A stretch of DNA of 64,000 bases, from NCBI GenBank assembly GCA_019058295.1, contig JAHPZI010000015.1:32001-96000 (forward strand). Direction: 5' to 3'. The notes under the pieces were generated by a model. The model was not told the origin of the DNA. It saw only the letters and a program-made list of their open reading frames with translations, and did no database searches. This document shows, piece after piece, positions 10,683 through 21,248 of this stretch (positions within the stretch are counted from its first letter, which is position 1; the number at the start of each line of letters is the position of its first letter). The position numbers and the translations under genes are program-made. This DNA comes from Promethearchaeota archaeon. GTDB taxonomy: Archaea; Asgardarchaeota; Lokiarchaeia; Sigyniarchaeales; SOKP01.

Positions 10683-11888
10683 TTAAATATTTTCTATAAT
10701 AACGGCTTCTGATACACCGCCACCACCGCATAATGTTGCCATCCCATATGAATCGCCTCGTTTCTTCATTTCATGGATTAAGGTCACGATGATTCTCGCT
10801 CCAGTACAACCTACAGGATGACCGAGCCCTATCCCCGAACCGTTCACATTTGTTTTCTCTATGTTCCAATTTAGTTGCTTTGCCACTGCTACATATTGGG
10901 CGCCAAATGCCTCATTACATTCAACTAAATCAATATCTTCATATTTCATACCAGCTTGTTTAAGCGCTAAAGGACTGCTATGCATAGGGCCCATGCCCAT
11001 GTATTTTGGATCGTTGCCGATTTTCGCAAAGCTCTTCACATTAATCTTAGCTAATGGGCTCAATCCTAAATCTTGCGCCTTACCATAAGTGGTTACGAGT
11101 GTCAAAGCAGCTCCATCGTTAATACCCGAAGAGTTTCCCGCAGTTACTGTGCCATCTTTCTTGAAGGCAGGAGGTAATTTTGCTAAAGCTTCCATAGTTT
11201 GACCCTGTCTAAAATGCTCATCCTTATCAAATACATAAGATTTTCTCCTTGTTTTTACTTCCACAGGAACAATCTCATCTTTAAATCTACCGGAATTTGT
11301 CGCATTTTCAGCATTATTCTGAGACCTTAATGCCGCCTCATCTTGCATTTGTCTTGTGATTCCATATTTTTCAGCAATAAATTCGGCTGTTAAACCCATA
11401 ATATATCTTTCCTTTGGAGCAAACACCTTACTTCCCGCATGTAAGCCTTCCATTATCCCACATTTCATTTCTTGATTCTGCAATCTTGCTCCAAATCGTG
11501 CTGAAGGAATGTAATAGGCACAATTACTCATGCTTTCAGTACCTCCTGCTAAAACGAGGCTTGATTGCCCAACTAAAAGATCGCACATAGCAGCCCTTAT
11601 TGCCTCCATCCCTGAAATACATACTCTATTTATCGTCATAGCAGGAACTTCAAAGGGAATATCAGCGAGAATAGCACCAACTCGGGCGACATTCATTTCT
11701 TCTTGCGGCTCAAGGCAGCATCCAGACTTTACATCTGAAATAATCGCTGGGTCGATACCTGTTGTTTCAATGCAATCTTTTATTACGAAACTGAGCAATT
11801 TACCTGCATTATATGGTAGAAGCGACTTGCCAAAAGCTCCAATAGCAGTTCTTTTAGCATAACAAATAACTATATCATCATCATTCAT
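10683..11888 (-). CDS. Thiolase (acetyl-CoA C-acyl/acetyltransferase)
   Basis: INRVCISG (catalytic Cys), GGTESMS, GTVTAGNSSGINDGAA, NEAF, GHPVGCTG, CGGGG. Confidence 0.96.
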   Translation of the reverse strand: MNDDDIVICYAKRTAIGAFGKSLLPYNAGKLLSFVIKDCIETTGIDPAIISDVKSGCCLEPQEEMNVARVGAILADIPFEVPAMTINRVCISGMEAIRAAMCDLLVGQSSLVLAGGTESMSNCAYYIPSARFGARLQNQEMKCGIMEGLHAGSKVFAPKERYIMGLTAEFIAEKYGITRQMQDEAALRSQNNAENATNSGRFKDEIVPVEVKTRRKSYVFDKDEHFRQGQTMEALAKLPPAFKKDGTVTAGNSSGINDGAALTLVTTYGKAQDLGLSPLAKINVKSFAKIGNDPKYMGMGPMHSSPLALKQAGMKYEDIDLVECNEAFGAQYVAVAKQLNWNIEKTNVNGSGIGLGHPVGCTGARIIVTLIHEMKKRGDSYGMATLCGGGGVSEAVIIENI

Positions 11889-12231
11889 AACTTATATCAT
11901 CTTTTTGATTTGTCTTATATAATATGTTATTAAACATGAACTCAACAAAAAAAGTTACTAATTTCTAAGAGGTTTCTTTCACATTTTATTTTTATTTTTA
12001 TAAACAGCACATTTACGGTGTTTCCTTACCTTTTAATTTAGAATTAGATTTTTTTATTTGTTTTATATTTCAAGGGATAAAATAAAAATAAAAAAAAAAT
12101 AGAGTTATGGAATTTTTTTCCAATTTTTTTCTCTCGGTTTATTTAAAATTCCACTAGTAAATAATTTTTATCACACTTAAAGAGAAGCAGATTAAATTTT
12201 TACTTTTTTTATTTTTTGTTTCAATTTTTTA

Positions 12232-12483
12232 TTAATAACTTCTTCTTCTAGAATAACTAGGTCGAGGTCCTTTTTTAGTCACTACCACATCGGTTGCTTG
12301 TGGTCCTTTCTTCCCCTCAGTAATATTAAATTCGACTTCGTCTCCTTCAAAAATCTTTTTAAATTCGTCTTCATCCCCTTTAATTCCGCTATAGTGGACA
12401 AATACATCTTGCGACCCGTCTTCCAAAGTTATAAATCCAAAGCCTTTGCGGCTATCAAACCATTTTACTGTTCCTTTTTCCAT
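12232..12483 (-). CDS. cspA: Cold-shock domain protein with Arg/Ser-rich C-terminal tail
   Basis: [14 protein letters not shown] (RNP1), DVFVHYS (RNP2), GPQATDV. Confidence 0.93.
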   Translation of the reverse strand: MEKGTVKWFDSRKGFGFITLEDGSQDVFVHYSGIKGDEDEFKKIFEGDEVEFNITEGKKGPQATDVVVTKKGPRPSYSRRRSY

Positions 12484-12692
12484 TATTGTTACCTATTAAA
12501 TGTTCCCTATATAATTTATTTATCATTGTTTCAAAACAGAAACAATCATATCTAAAAAGGATTAGATTTCTAATAAATAATTGTGTTTCTTTTCAAAATT
12601 TTTTTTAAAAAAAATGAATAAAAAAATATTAATAACTAATTCTATGAATTATTACCCATTAAATTTTTTTTTCACGCTATAAATATAAAGAA

Positions 12693-15600
12693 TTATTTAA
12701 TTATTTTTGCTCCACATCGAGTACAGAAATTTTTGCATAACTTTAAATCTGCGCCACATATGGTGCAAAAATGAGGAGATTGTATTGGTTTACTTAGGGT
12801 TTGTGTCGACTGGGTCTCAGAGGGATATGTATGAAGTGTAGGTGGTAGTGTAGGGGATGTTATATCCCTTTCTGGCAATTTTCCTTTTTTCTTAACAATT
12901 TTAATAATTATAAAAGTTCCTGCAACTCCTGCTCCAATGAGAACTGCCGAAATCATAATTAGACTTACCATATCCATATCATCTCCGTCATCGTCTCCCC
13001 CTCCTCCACCTCCTCCTCCACCTCCACTTGGAGTTCTATCACTTCCAGTATCGGTTAATGATACTTTATAACCTAAAACTCTGATATCGTCTATTAACCA
13101 TCCTCTATAATCATTGTCATATTCGTCCCATGTTTCAAAATAAAACATTAATTGAATTAGTCCCATATCAATTAAATCGCTTATATCAATAACCAAATTT
13201 TCCCATGGATCAATATTACTCCAATTGAAATATCTCATATAATAATAACCAGTTTCAAAGGAATAAATATAGAGATAGGAGGTATCTGAGAATTGATCAG
13301 TTTCTCTCCAATGATAAAAATCTAAAAATACATATTCATAGCCAGATATGTTAAATGGAATACTTCTTATTTCTCCATATACTGCATTTCCCGTATCATA
13401 ATTTCCTGTTTCTTCATCTCCAAACCACATCGAATGCGTAGGAGAATGACATGGATAGGGCCATAAACTTCCAGTATCAGTTAAGTGCCAAAGTCCCGAA
13501 ATTAAGTCCCATTTTGAGAGATCATTCTCAAAATTATCTTCGAAAAGAATATCAGGTCCTATTACTTTTGGTCCTAAAAGTGGACCAAGAGAACTTGATC
13601 TTTCAGTATCAGAACAAGCAAACGAGTAACTATATGTTCCTACTTCAGGTAAAGTGATACTATAAATGTATAAACATCCATCCATGTAATTGTTATCCAA
13701 AGGATCTTGTTTAATCATCAAGAATATCATATGATTTATTGTTAGGGTCACATATTCAGCTAGATTATTATCTGCATCTGTGTAAATTACAGAAAATTCA
13801 AAATAAGTAAAGTTTAGATAACCAATATCAGGATCAACATTACCACTGGTCAAGACAGGAGCATTAATATTACCTCCATCAAAAACCGATGGACCAATAA
13901 TAAGCTTGGTTGTATTAGTAAAGAGCCCATCAAAACAATAAAAGAAATACTCATAAATTCCAGGCTGTAAATAAATCAATGATTGATACATACACCCATC
14001 TGTATAATCATCGTCTAGTAGATTTTGTTTTTCCATTGGAAATGCTGTTCCATTAATTACAACATTGATACCATAAGGTCGATTATTGTCTTGATCTGTA
14101 TATAACACACTAAAGGCAAATTCTGTGGTTTGAAATCCTGATGATGGAGAAAGAAATTCATCTGTTAATTTTGGAGCATAATCATTTATAATAATATCAA
14201 ATTCAATATTAGAATCTACGAATGTAAAAGTGTAATCATTAAGATATCCCATAATATCTTCCCAGTAAAATGTTCCATCTAAAAGAATTCCTGTGCTTTT
14301 TTCATACCAAGCAATTCCAGGGGTTTCCAAATCTTCAAGTACCCAAACCTCAACAGGTCCCACTCCAGGCAGATTATATAATAGTTCACTTGTTATTTGG
14401 AAATCATGGTCACCAATACCATCAACAGTTATCGGGATTATATCATTGAGCTCAACATCTGTATGAATCCAAGCAGGCGTATGTGATCCATCAACGAAAG
14501 CAAGAGAGCCATAACAATCTTCGATAATTCTCGTCTGTTTATCAATATCCCAGTAACTTTTACCATAAAAATCTTTCTCCCATTCTACATTGTAAATTTC
14601 ACCTGATTCATGAGAATATCTGAAACTTGAAGGAACATCTGGTTGACCCCAAATGCTGAATAAATGGTTAATATAAAGACCATCGAATATTCCAATCATT
14701 TTTTCCACAGTTGGTCCAGAATAAGGTCCATCGATATCAGTAGACTTGCCATCAAAACAGTTGAAAATGTAACTAAAAGTTCCGATTTCATTGAAGATAA
14801 TATCATATATATAAATACAGCCATCCATGTAATTATTATCCATATAATCTAGTTTTACCATAGGATAAGTCACTGAATTTATCGTTACATTGATATCCTT
14901 TGGAGCGTTATTGTCTGCATCTGTATATATTACTGAGTATCGAAAAACCGTAAGACCTTTATAACCATTATTGGGATTAACTTCTCCATTACTCAGTAAA
15001 GGAGGATTATCATTACTTTTTTCTAAAACTGTTAGATCGGTATATTTCTTAGTGTAATTAGAGTATAAATAATCTGTACAATTGAATGAATACTCATAAC
15101 TTCCCGGTTGTAAATATGTTGAAAATTGATAAATGCACCCATCAGTATAATCATCATCAAATTGATTTTGTTTTTGCATTGGATAAACAGTGTCATTGAT
15201 TATTAAATTGACATAAAAGGGAAAATTATTGTCTTGATCAGAATAATTAACTTTAAATGTAAACTCAGTCATTTGGTCTCCAGATGTGGGATCCAAATCA
15301 ACATCAGTTAATTGAGGCTCATAATTATTCTCGAAACAAGTAAAATATATTGAGAAATCATCAGTCGTATCCGTCAAGCCCTGATAATTATTGTAAAACC
15401 GTGTATCAACGCCTAAATTTAAACCGCAAGTATAACCATAATAAGAGTCTATGTATGAAATATAATCATAATTAAAAATTATTTCCCCTGATTCAAATAA
15501 AACTACTTGGAATGTTCCAACTCTCTCTCCATAATAATGATCCATGTCAACCCATGATACAACCCAAAAATCTTCAAATGATTGAACATAAATCTCACCG

Positions 15601-18600
15601 CTTCCCCACTCAGGATCGAGATCCGCCCAATGAGGTGCAATTAAAAAGTGAGTGCTAGGATCTGCTGAAGGTATTGGTGGAGGAATATATTCATCAGGAC
15701 TAGAATCAGCAAAACTAAGATATCCATTAGACCCTACATATATAGTGGAAAAATTGTGTTTATAGAATTCAAATTCAAATGGTAAAGTTTGTGCGGAATA
15801 TCCATCATCAGATAAGAATAATTCCGTACCTCCTGAGGCATCGATCCAGTTATATGGAAAGTCGATTAACATCATATATTGGTGGAAACTCGTTACATGC
15901 GGTCCTATATAAGGTCCATCTGAACCTAGAAAATCACCATCAGAGCATGTAAAGGAATAAGAGTAGACTCCTGGATCATCTAATAATGTGCTATAAATAT
16001 ATAAACAACCATCCGTGTAGTTATTATCCGTGTAATCTTGTTTATTCATTGGAAAAATATCTGAATTTATTGTCACATTTACATACTTAGGAGCAAAGTT
16101 TTCAACATCTGAATATAAAACGGTATATTCAAATAACGTTGTTCCATTCACACCTCTATTAGGATTAACCTTTCCATTACTCAAATCTGGAGCAAGACTA
16201 TTAGTACCTTTAGAAACCGTAAGATCTGTGTGAGTCTTTGTAAAGTTTATATATTTCCCATCAGAACTTTTAAAATAATAATTATAATCTCCTGGTTGTA
16301 AATATGTCTGAAACTCATAAAAACAACCATCCATGTAATTATTATCATCTGAATCTTGTTTTTCCATAGGATAAGACGTTTCATTAATTAAAACATTGAT
16401 ATATGCAGGAGGATTATCATCAGCATCAGTGTATTCTACATTAAAAGTTAAGAGTGTAGTTTGATCTCCCGATGTGGGTGAAACTGATTCCGATGTTAGT
16501 TTTGGTTCAAAGAAATTAGGTTGAGCCATAAGAGTCGCTGTAGGATCACCAAATAGATTAATTTGATAATAGCACCATCTCATTGCTTCCTGAGAAATAT
16601 AATTAATATTATCTTCCTTAGAATCCTGATTTGCTGGCCCAATTTGAATAATGTTTTCTTTAAAAATTGCATCGAAAAATTGCCGATCGTAGTATTGAGA
16701 CGCACCATCAGTACCGTAAGGATCTCCCCATCCATACCTGCTGTTTCCAATAAATGCAAAAGAACCATTTTCCATATTTACGAGATGTTCTACTATACAA
16801 TCATAATCGTTATACATCATATAAGGATCTCTATTATCAAACGCCCCATCATAACAACCTTGGCTGTAGCCAAAAAAATATTTATCATTTTTAAGGTTAT
16901 CAACATCATCATTATACATTTTTAGAACATAATCATTTGCTGCATGTCCTAGATGATTTATTATGTGGTATCCTTGTTCTATAAGATCTATAATATCATA
17001 TTTATCCCATCTATCAGGATCGATATCACGATCATATATTGTATCTACCGTGAAATCAGTTCCGTTAAAACCAGAAGTTGAATAACCATTTGTGTTGGAA
17101 CCATCTTTTATCTCATCTTTATAATCCGAACCCCACACAGGCCAATAAAGATCTTCTCCAGCCATTAATGCCTTTGATAAATAGGGATCATTAATCATTT
17201 CATGAATAAGTGTTTTCCTAACAAAATTTGCAACTTCTTCCTCGGAATCAACAGGTGCTCTTCCTACATACACTTCAGCATAGAGATCTTCTTCACCAGG
17301 CTCCCCCCAATATCCATCTTCGTCATCATTCCAGGTTCCATCTAATCCAGCATAATATAAATCAGAAGGGATATTACTATCAACATCACCATAAGCAGTT
17401 GCATATAGCCCTCTTGAGGGAACAATTGGACTCTCACTTTCGCCACCTAAATTTGCACCATCTCCATCACCTCCAAGAAGGATATATTGTGTACCCCAAT
17501 CATTATATGCATCAATGATAAAATTCCGTATCTTTTCTTGATTGTCATCACCAAGATAATTAGCGTAAATATATTCGACTGTAGTTATATTTGTGGTAAT
17601 ACCGAGTGATTCTTTATAATCAGCGAGGTCTTGAAAAGTAAAAGCTTCATTTGAGTTCTTTAGAGCCTCATTTGTTATGATGACATAATCGTATGAGGCA
17701 GGTGGTAAACTTAGAGGTGATATTGGAGAATTTTCAAGATTTTTGTTTGAAATATATGTGTCAACGAGTTCTGGATTATCCACAGTTTCTAAGACATGTT
17801 TTTCGTCTCCTTCTCTACCTTTGAATAATGAATTACAATTCATATTTTCAACCAAATTTACTTGAACTATAAAATCTTTAAAGTAAATAATTTTACCAGA
17901 ATATGGAATATATTTCACTGGATAAATATTTAAGATCAGAATTCGATAACCTTTTAATTCATATACTCCCACTATTGAATAAGGTTTATCTGGATGAGGA
18001 TGTCTAGATTGATAAATTACCTCATCAATAGTAAACTCAGGTATTGTATCTATACCAATTCGAATCTGTGCTTGAGCAGGTTCAATTTTATAATTACCTT
18101 CTAATATGTGTTCTTGACCAGAAATGACACTAACTTCATTTAAATCTTTTCCATAAGGTAATAATAACTTTAAAGTTTTAATTGGAAGTTTTGGATACCC
18201 TACTTGTCCAATATTTTCACAGTCATCCATGTATACTCTTTTATAAATGTCACCATTAGGGTATTGGATATCTTCTACTTTTACATCTGATAAGGATAAC
18301 TTAATTTCAATTTTATCTCCATCTAAACTCTTTTTTCCTTGATTTTTGGTTATCCAGGCATTCTCAATTTCACTCTCTTTTTGCCCGATTTCTCCCATGT
18401 TTGAGTTATATTGCTCAGATTCAAGAATAATATTCTCATCTAATTGGTTTTCAGTATTATGATCATCCTCATTGGTTGGAACTTGAGGAATAATAAAATT
18501 AGTATTTAATGATACTACAATAAACAATGACGAGATAATTAAAACTCGAAGTACCTTCGAATTCGATATATTCATTGAGATCTTTGCTTTTTTATTTAAA

Positions 18601-18629
18601 AATAATTGAATATCATGTAAATATATCAT
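12693..18629 (-). CDS. Membrane-anchored gingipain-like C25 cysteine peptidase: propeptide, C25 domain, six Ig-like repeats, NIDO-like and MAM-like domains, TM helix, cytoplasmic double zinc ribbon (start may be ATG 18575)
   Basis: Propeptide GYPKLP; YDYVIIT, YILLGGD, SDLYY, VYVGRAP, NHLGHA (His), SQGCY (Cys), NLFGDP; later IAPHWADL (NIDO-like), FEDNFE...GWLIDDI (MAM-like), TM segment and CTICG...FCTRCG. Confidence 0.9.
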   Translation of the reverse strand: MIYLHDIQLFLNKKAKISMNISNSKVLRVLIISSLFIVVSLNTNFIIPQVPTNEDDHNTENQLDENIILESEQYNSNMGEIGQKESEIENAWITKNQGKKSLDGDKIEIKLSLSDVKVEDIQYPNGDIYKRVYMDDCENIGQVGYPKLPIKTLKLLLPYGKDLNEVSVISGQEHILEGNYKIEPAQAQIRIGIDTIPEFTIDEVIYQSRHPHPDKPYSIVGVYELKGYRILILNIYPVKYIPYSGKIIYFKDFIVQVNLVENMNCNSLFKGREGDEKHVLETVDNPELVDTYISNKNLENSPISPLSLPPASYDYVIITNEALKNSNEAFTFQDLADYKESLGITTNITTVEYIYANYLGDDNQEKIRNFIIDAYNDWGTQYILLGGDGDGANLGGESESPIVPSRGLYATAYGDVDSNIPSDLYYAGLDGTWNDDEDGYWGEPGEEDLYAEVYVGRAPVDSEEEVANFVRKTLIHEMINDPYLSKALMAGEDLYWPVWGSDYKDEIKDGSNTNGYSTSGFNGTDFTVDTIYDRDIDPDRWDKYDIIDLIEQGYHIINHLGHAANDYVLKMYNDDVDNLKNDKYFFGYSQGCYDGAFDNRDPYMMYNDYDCIVEHLVNMENGSFAFIGNSRYGWGDPYGTDGASQYYDRQFFDAIFKENIIQIGPANQDSKEDNINYISQEAMRWCYYQINLFGDPTATLMAQPNFFEPKLTSESVSPTSGDQTTLLTFNVEYTDADDNPPAYINVLINETSYPMEKQDSDDNNYMDGCFYEFQTYLQPGDYNYYFKSSDGKYINFTKTHTDLTVSKGTNSLAPDLSNGKVNPNRGVNGTTLFEYTVLYSDVENFAPKYVNVTINSDIFPMNKQDYTDNNYTDGCLYIYSTLLDDPGVYSYSFTCSDGDFLGSDGPYIGPHVTSFHQYMMLIDFPYNWIDASGGTELFLSDDGYSAQTLPFEFEFYKHNFSTIYVGSNGYLSFADSSPDEYIPPPIPSADPSTHFLIAPHWADLDPEWGSGEIYVQSFEDFWVVSWVDMDHYYGERVGTFQVVLFESGEIIFNYDYISYIDSYYGYTCGLNLGVDTRFYNNYQGLTDTTDDFSIYFTCFENNYEPQLTDVDLDPTSGDQMTEFTFKVNYSDQDNNFPFYVNLIINDTVYPMQKQNQFDDDYTDGCIYQFSTYLQPGSYEYSFNCTDYLYSNYTKKYTDLTVLEKSNDNPPLLSNGEVNPNNGYKGLTVFRYSVIYTDADNNAPKDINVTINSVTYPMVKLDYMDNNYMDGCIYIYDIIFNEIGTFSYIFNCFDGKSTDIDGPYSGPTVEKMIGIFDGLYINHLFSIWGQPDVPSSFRYSHESGEIYNVEWEKDFYGKSYWDIDKQTRIIEDCYGSLAFVDGSHTPAWIHTDVELNDIIPITVDGIGDHDFQITSELLYNLPGVGPVEVWVLEDLETPGIAWYEKSTGILLDGTFYWEDIMGYLNDYTFTFVDSNIEFDIIINDYAPKLTDEFLSPSSGFQTTEFAFSVLYTDQDNNRPYGINVVINGTAFPMEKQNLLDDDYTDGCMYQSLIYLQPGIYEYFFYCFDGLFTNTTKLIIGPSVFDGGNINAPVLTSGNVDPDIGYLNFTYFEFSVIYTDADNNLAEYVTLTINHMIFLMIKQDPLDNNYMDGCLYIYSITLPEVGTYSYSFACSDTERSSSLGPLLGPKVIGPDILFEDNFENDLSKWDLISGLWHLTDTGSLWPYPCHSPTHSMWFGDEETGNYDTGNAVYGEIRSIPFNISGYEYVFLDFYHWRETDQFSDTSYLYIYSFETGYYYMRYFNWSNIDPWENLVIDISDLIDMGLIQLMFYFETWDEYDNDYRGWLIDDIRVLGYKVSLTDTGSDRTPSGGGGGGGGGGDDDGDDMDMVSLIMISAVLIGAGVAGTFIIIKIVKKKGKLPERDITSPTLPPTLHTYPSETQSTQTLSKPIQSPHFCTICGADLKLCKNFCTRCGAKIIK
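13608..16510 (-). repeat. Six diverged ~85-aa intragenic repeats arranged as three A-B pairs
   Basis: Consensus P.L....V.P..G...T.F.F.V.Y.D.DNN.P....V.IN....PM.KQ...D.(N/D)Y.DGC.Y......PG.Y.Y.F.C.DG seen six times. Confidence 0.9.
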
Positions 18630-18875
18630 AAGATCTTTTTATATCTTTGTAAAAAATATTGATGGCAATAGGTACTGATTAATACAGTGGAAAAAATCCA
18701 TAAAGCAGGTATAGAATATCCTTTACCATACCAAATTTCAACACCAGAGTTCTTTGTTAAATTAAAAAATCAATTAGATAAGGCTAAAAAAGATTGAATA
18801 ATTAGTGTTGTTTCCTTTTTTTAACATTTTATAAAATAACTCAAGATAAACCTTATAAAACGCTGATCAACGAAA

Positions 18876-19241
18876 TCAATCGTTAAAATCGCCCAAATCT
18901 CTAAAATGTGAAATGTCGCCAGCTAAGGCTTTATTACAAATGTCAATAATCTTTTCGACAATATTATCCAAAACATTCCAAACTTTTATATAATTATCTT
19001 TATCCTGAAATTTCAAATCAATTTTTTGAGATTCATCGTCAATATAGATTTCCATGGCAATATCTTCATTTAATCCACCAAACATCCTTAACATATCTTT
19101 AAATTCAATTTCAGATGCGAAAGTACCTTTTAACTTTTCGTCACTTTTTACGATTATGCTAATTACCATATCTTTCTCATTTGCTTTAATTCGTACTTTA
19201 TCTTCAAATAATGCTTTTGCGTCTGCCACAAATTTTTCCAT
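18876..19241 (-). CDS. Hypothetical protein
   Basis: 121-aa ORF with host-like composition in an otherwise empty gap; no recognised motif. Confidence 0.65.
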   Translation of the reverse strand: MEKFVADAKALFEDKVRIKANEKDMVISIIVKSDEKLKGTFASEIEFKDMLRMFGGLNEDIAMEIYIDDESQKIDLKFQDKDNYIKVWNVLDNIVEKIIDICNKALAGDISHFRDLGDFND

Positions 19242-19290
19242 TTTTATCTACTCATGATATATTTTTTTTTATTGTTTTTTACTATTTTCA

Positions 19291-21126
19291 TTATTTATTT
19301 TTCCTAGGAATAACAGGAAGGTCTATATACGATGCATGAGACTCATTTCGAGATATTGTGATCGTTGGCTTACCTTCACCTTCATCGGGATATTGTTTGA
19401 AGGTATCTTTATCTGCTCCAGCAATAGCGATTCTTAATCTATTACCTTTTGGAATAAGAGCAGAGGTTGCACGAGTTCCAAATTTCACTTCCATTATTTC
19501 GCCGGGTACGACTGGTAGGGAGTCTTTTTTCTTAAAAGAGTGATAAGGGATCAAAGTCTTGTAGGGAGGTTGCTCTGACGATATTTTTCGATGAATTAAA
19601 CGTAAATTTCCATCGGTAATAAAAAATACGTTTCCACTTTCATCCACGGTCTCTAAATATGCATGAATCGCTCCATCTTCGTGTGTGGAAGATAAGAATA
19701 ATGCTATAATAGGATGTCCCGTGATCTCCATATTTTCCTTAAGTGGAGGACTTGTATAAGTTAATAATTTCTTATCTGCTTTAGTTCTATTTGAATAATC
19801 TATTGGTAACCCTAGCAGGGTCCACCACCTATTGAATCTACCTGTTGTTGCTCTAAAATTAACCTTGTAATTATCTTCCCCTATTTTTTCTTCAGGTTTG
19901 GATGTTGATAAGGAGTTATTTTCTGTTAAATACCATCTTTGCCTTTTCTGCCCATTGGGGGGCCAAATTTGTGTCTTTTTCCACTTTTCTTCTCCCATTG
20001 TATAGTAATAAAGTGTTTTACCTTTAATTCCTTCACCATATAAAATTTTATTAAAATAATCAATCCATTTAGTAATGCGTTCTTCAGGGGTGGGAGACAC
20101 TTCAACTTTACTTGGATTTAATGAATTGCCAATGTACATTCCTCCATGATTCCAGTCACCAATTATACATATTTGAGGATTTTCCAAGTTAATGAAGCGA
20201 TTAATAGCAGCATCAATATACCCAGAATCCAGCCATGAAATCCAACTTATAATAGGTATATTTGATTTTTCAAGCTCTTTTTTATAATGGAAAATGGAAA
20301 AATCATCTATTTTTGTTCCATCAGGGAGAATCTCATCCCTAAAATCTCTATCCTTAGTATGGTCGGATACATATTCATTGGTTGAATGCTGTTTTACAGC
20401 TTCATTTAGTTGACTTAGAGCATTATCATTATCTACTGGTTTAACGCCTTTCATGATAAGCCATAAGATCGGCATTAATTGTTTAAATGGTTTTGCATTA
20501 TTGTTATCAAGTTGTTTTCCGAGAAAAGACCAAATTTGCATGAATGCTGAATCATAACAACCTCCAGGAAAAGCAACATCGGTATATGGATCCCAAAAAC
20601 CATGTCCTGGCATAACAGCCTTCACAGCAGGATGATTATTCACTCCAAGCAATTCTGCTGTTGTTCCTGGATAGGAAATACCGTTAGACACTATATTCCC
20701 GTCTGACCACGGTTGACTAATGATCCAATCGGCAATATCTGCTCCATCTTTAATTTCTTCTTTAGAAAAGGGGAAAGATCTGGTCCCATAAGATGCACCA
20801 CAACCTCTCACATCGATGTAGACTATTGCGTAACCATGATTTGTAAATATTCTAGGAGTGGGTAAATTTATTAAAGTTTCTTTAAATATCCATCTAAAAG
20901 GTATACGAAGCTCAGCCGCCCTCCAATAACGTGTTTGATATAATAATGTAGGTATTTTCTTTCCAGCAGATAATCCTTTTGGAATACAGATCGTAGAGGC
21001 AATCTTCACTCCATCACGCATCTTAATGTATTTTGAACTAACTGTATAATCCTCATAATGAATTTTAAGAGTGGCTTCATCTAATACCTTAAAAGGATTA
21101 TTTTCTGAATTATGAATAGCAACCAT
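19291..21126 (-). CDS. CocE/NonD family hydrolase (peptidase S15-like)
   Basis: MRDGVKIA, DVRGCGASYG, QPWSDG, GISYPG nucleophile, GDWNHG, PepX_C-like C-terminus. Confidence 0.92.
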   Translation of the reverse strand: MVAIHNSENNPFKVLDEATLKIHYEDYTVSSKYIKMRDGVKIASTICIPKGLSAGKKIPTLLYQTRYWRAAELRIPFRWIFKETLINLPTPRIFTNHGYAIVYIDVRGCGASYGTRSFPFSKEEIKDGADIADWIISQPWSDGNIVSNGISYPGTTAELLGVNNHPAVKAVMPGHGFWDPYTDVAFPGGCYDSAFMQIWSFLGKQLDNNNAKPFKQLMPILWLIMKGVKPVDNDNALSQLNEAVKQHSTNEYVSDHTKDRDFRDEILPDGTKIDDFSIFHYKKELEKSNIPIISWISWLDSGYIDAAINRFINLENPQICIIGDWNHGGMYIGNSLNPSKVEVSPTPEERITKWIDYFNKILYGEGIKGKTLYYYTMGEEKWKKTQIWPPNGQKRQRWYLTENNSLSTSKPEEKIGEDNYKVNFRATTGRFNRWWTLLGLPIDYSNRTKADKKLLTYTSPPLKENMEITGHPIIALFLSSTHEDGAIHAYLETVDESGNVFFITDGNLRLIHRKISSEQPPYKTLIPYHSFKKKDSLPVVPGEIMEVKFGTRATSALIPKGNRLRIAIAGADKDTFKQYPDEGEGKPTITISRNESHASYIDLPVIPRKNK

Positions 21127-21248
21127 CTTTTTTTCATTTCTTTTTAAATTAATTATTATATGTGTAAAAGTTATTTATATAGTTATAATCTTAATATGCT
21201 CTTTTAAAAAAAAATCTTTTTTAGCAATAAAGGTATTTTAAAATTACT

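Noticed and set aside
12990-13030. CCT/CCA triplet run as a tandem repeat or contingency locus
   Set aside because: It encodes the poly-Gly linker of the C25 protein with mixed codons
13608-16510. Repeats as a CRISPR array or diversity-generating-retroelement template/variable pair
   Set aside because: They are in-frame, highly diverged protein repeats; there are no identical spaced repeats, cas genes or reverse transcriptase
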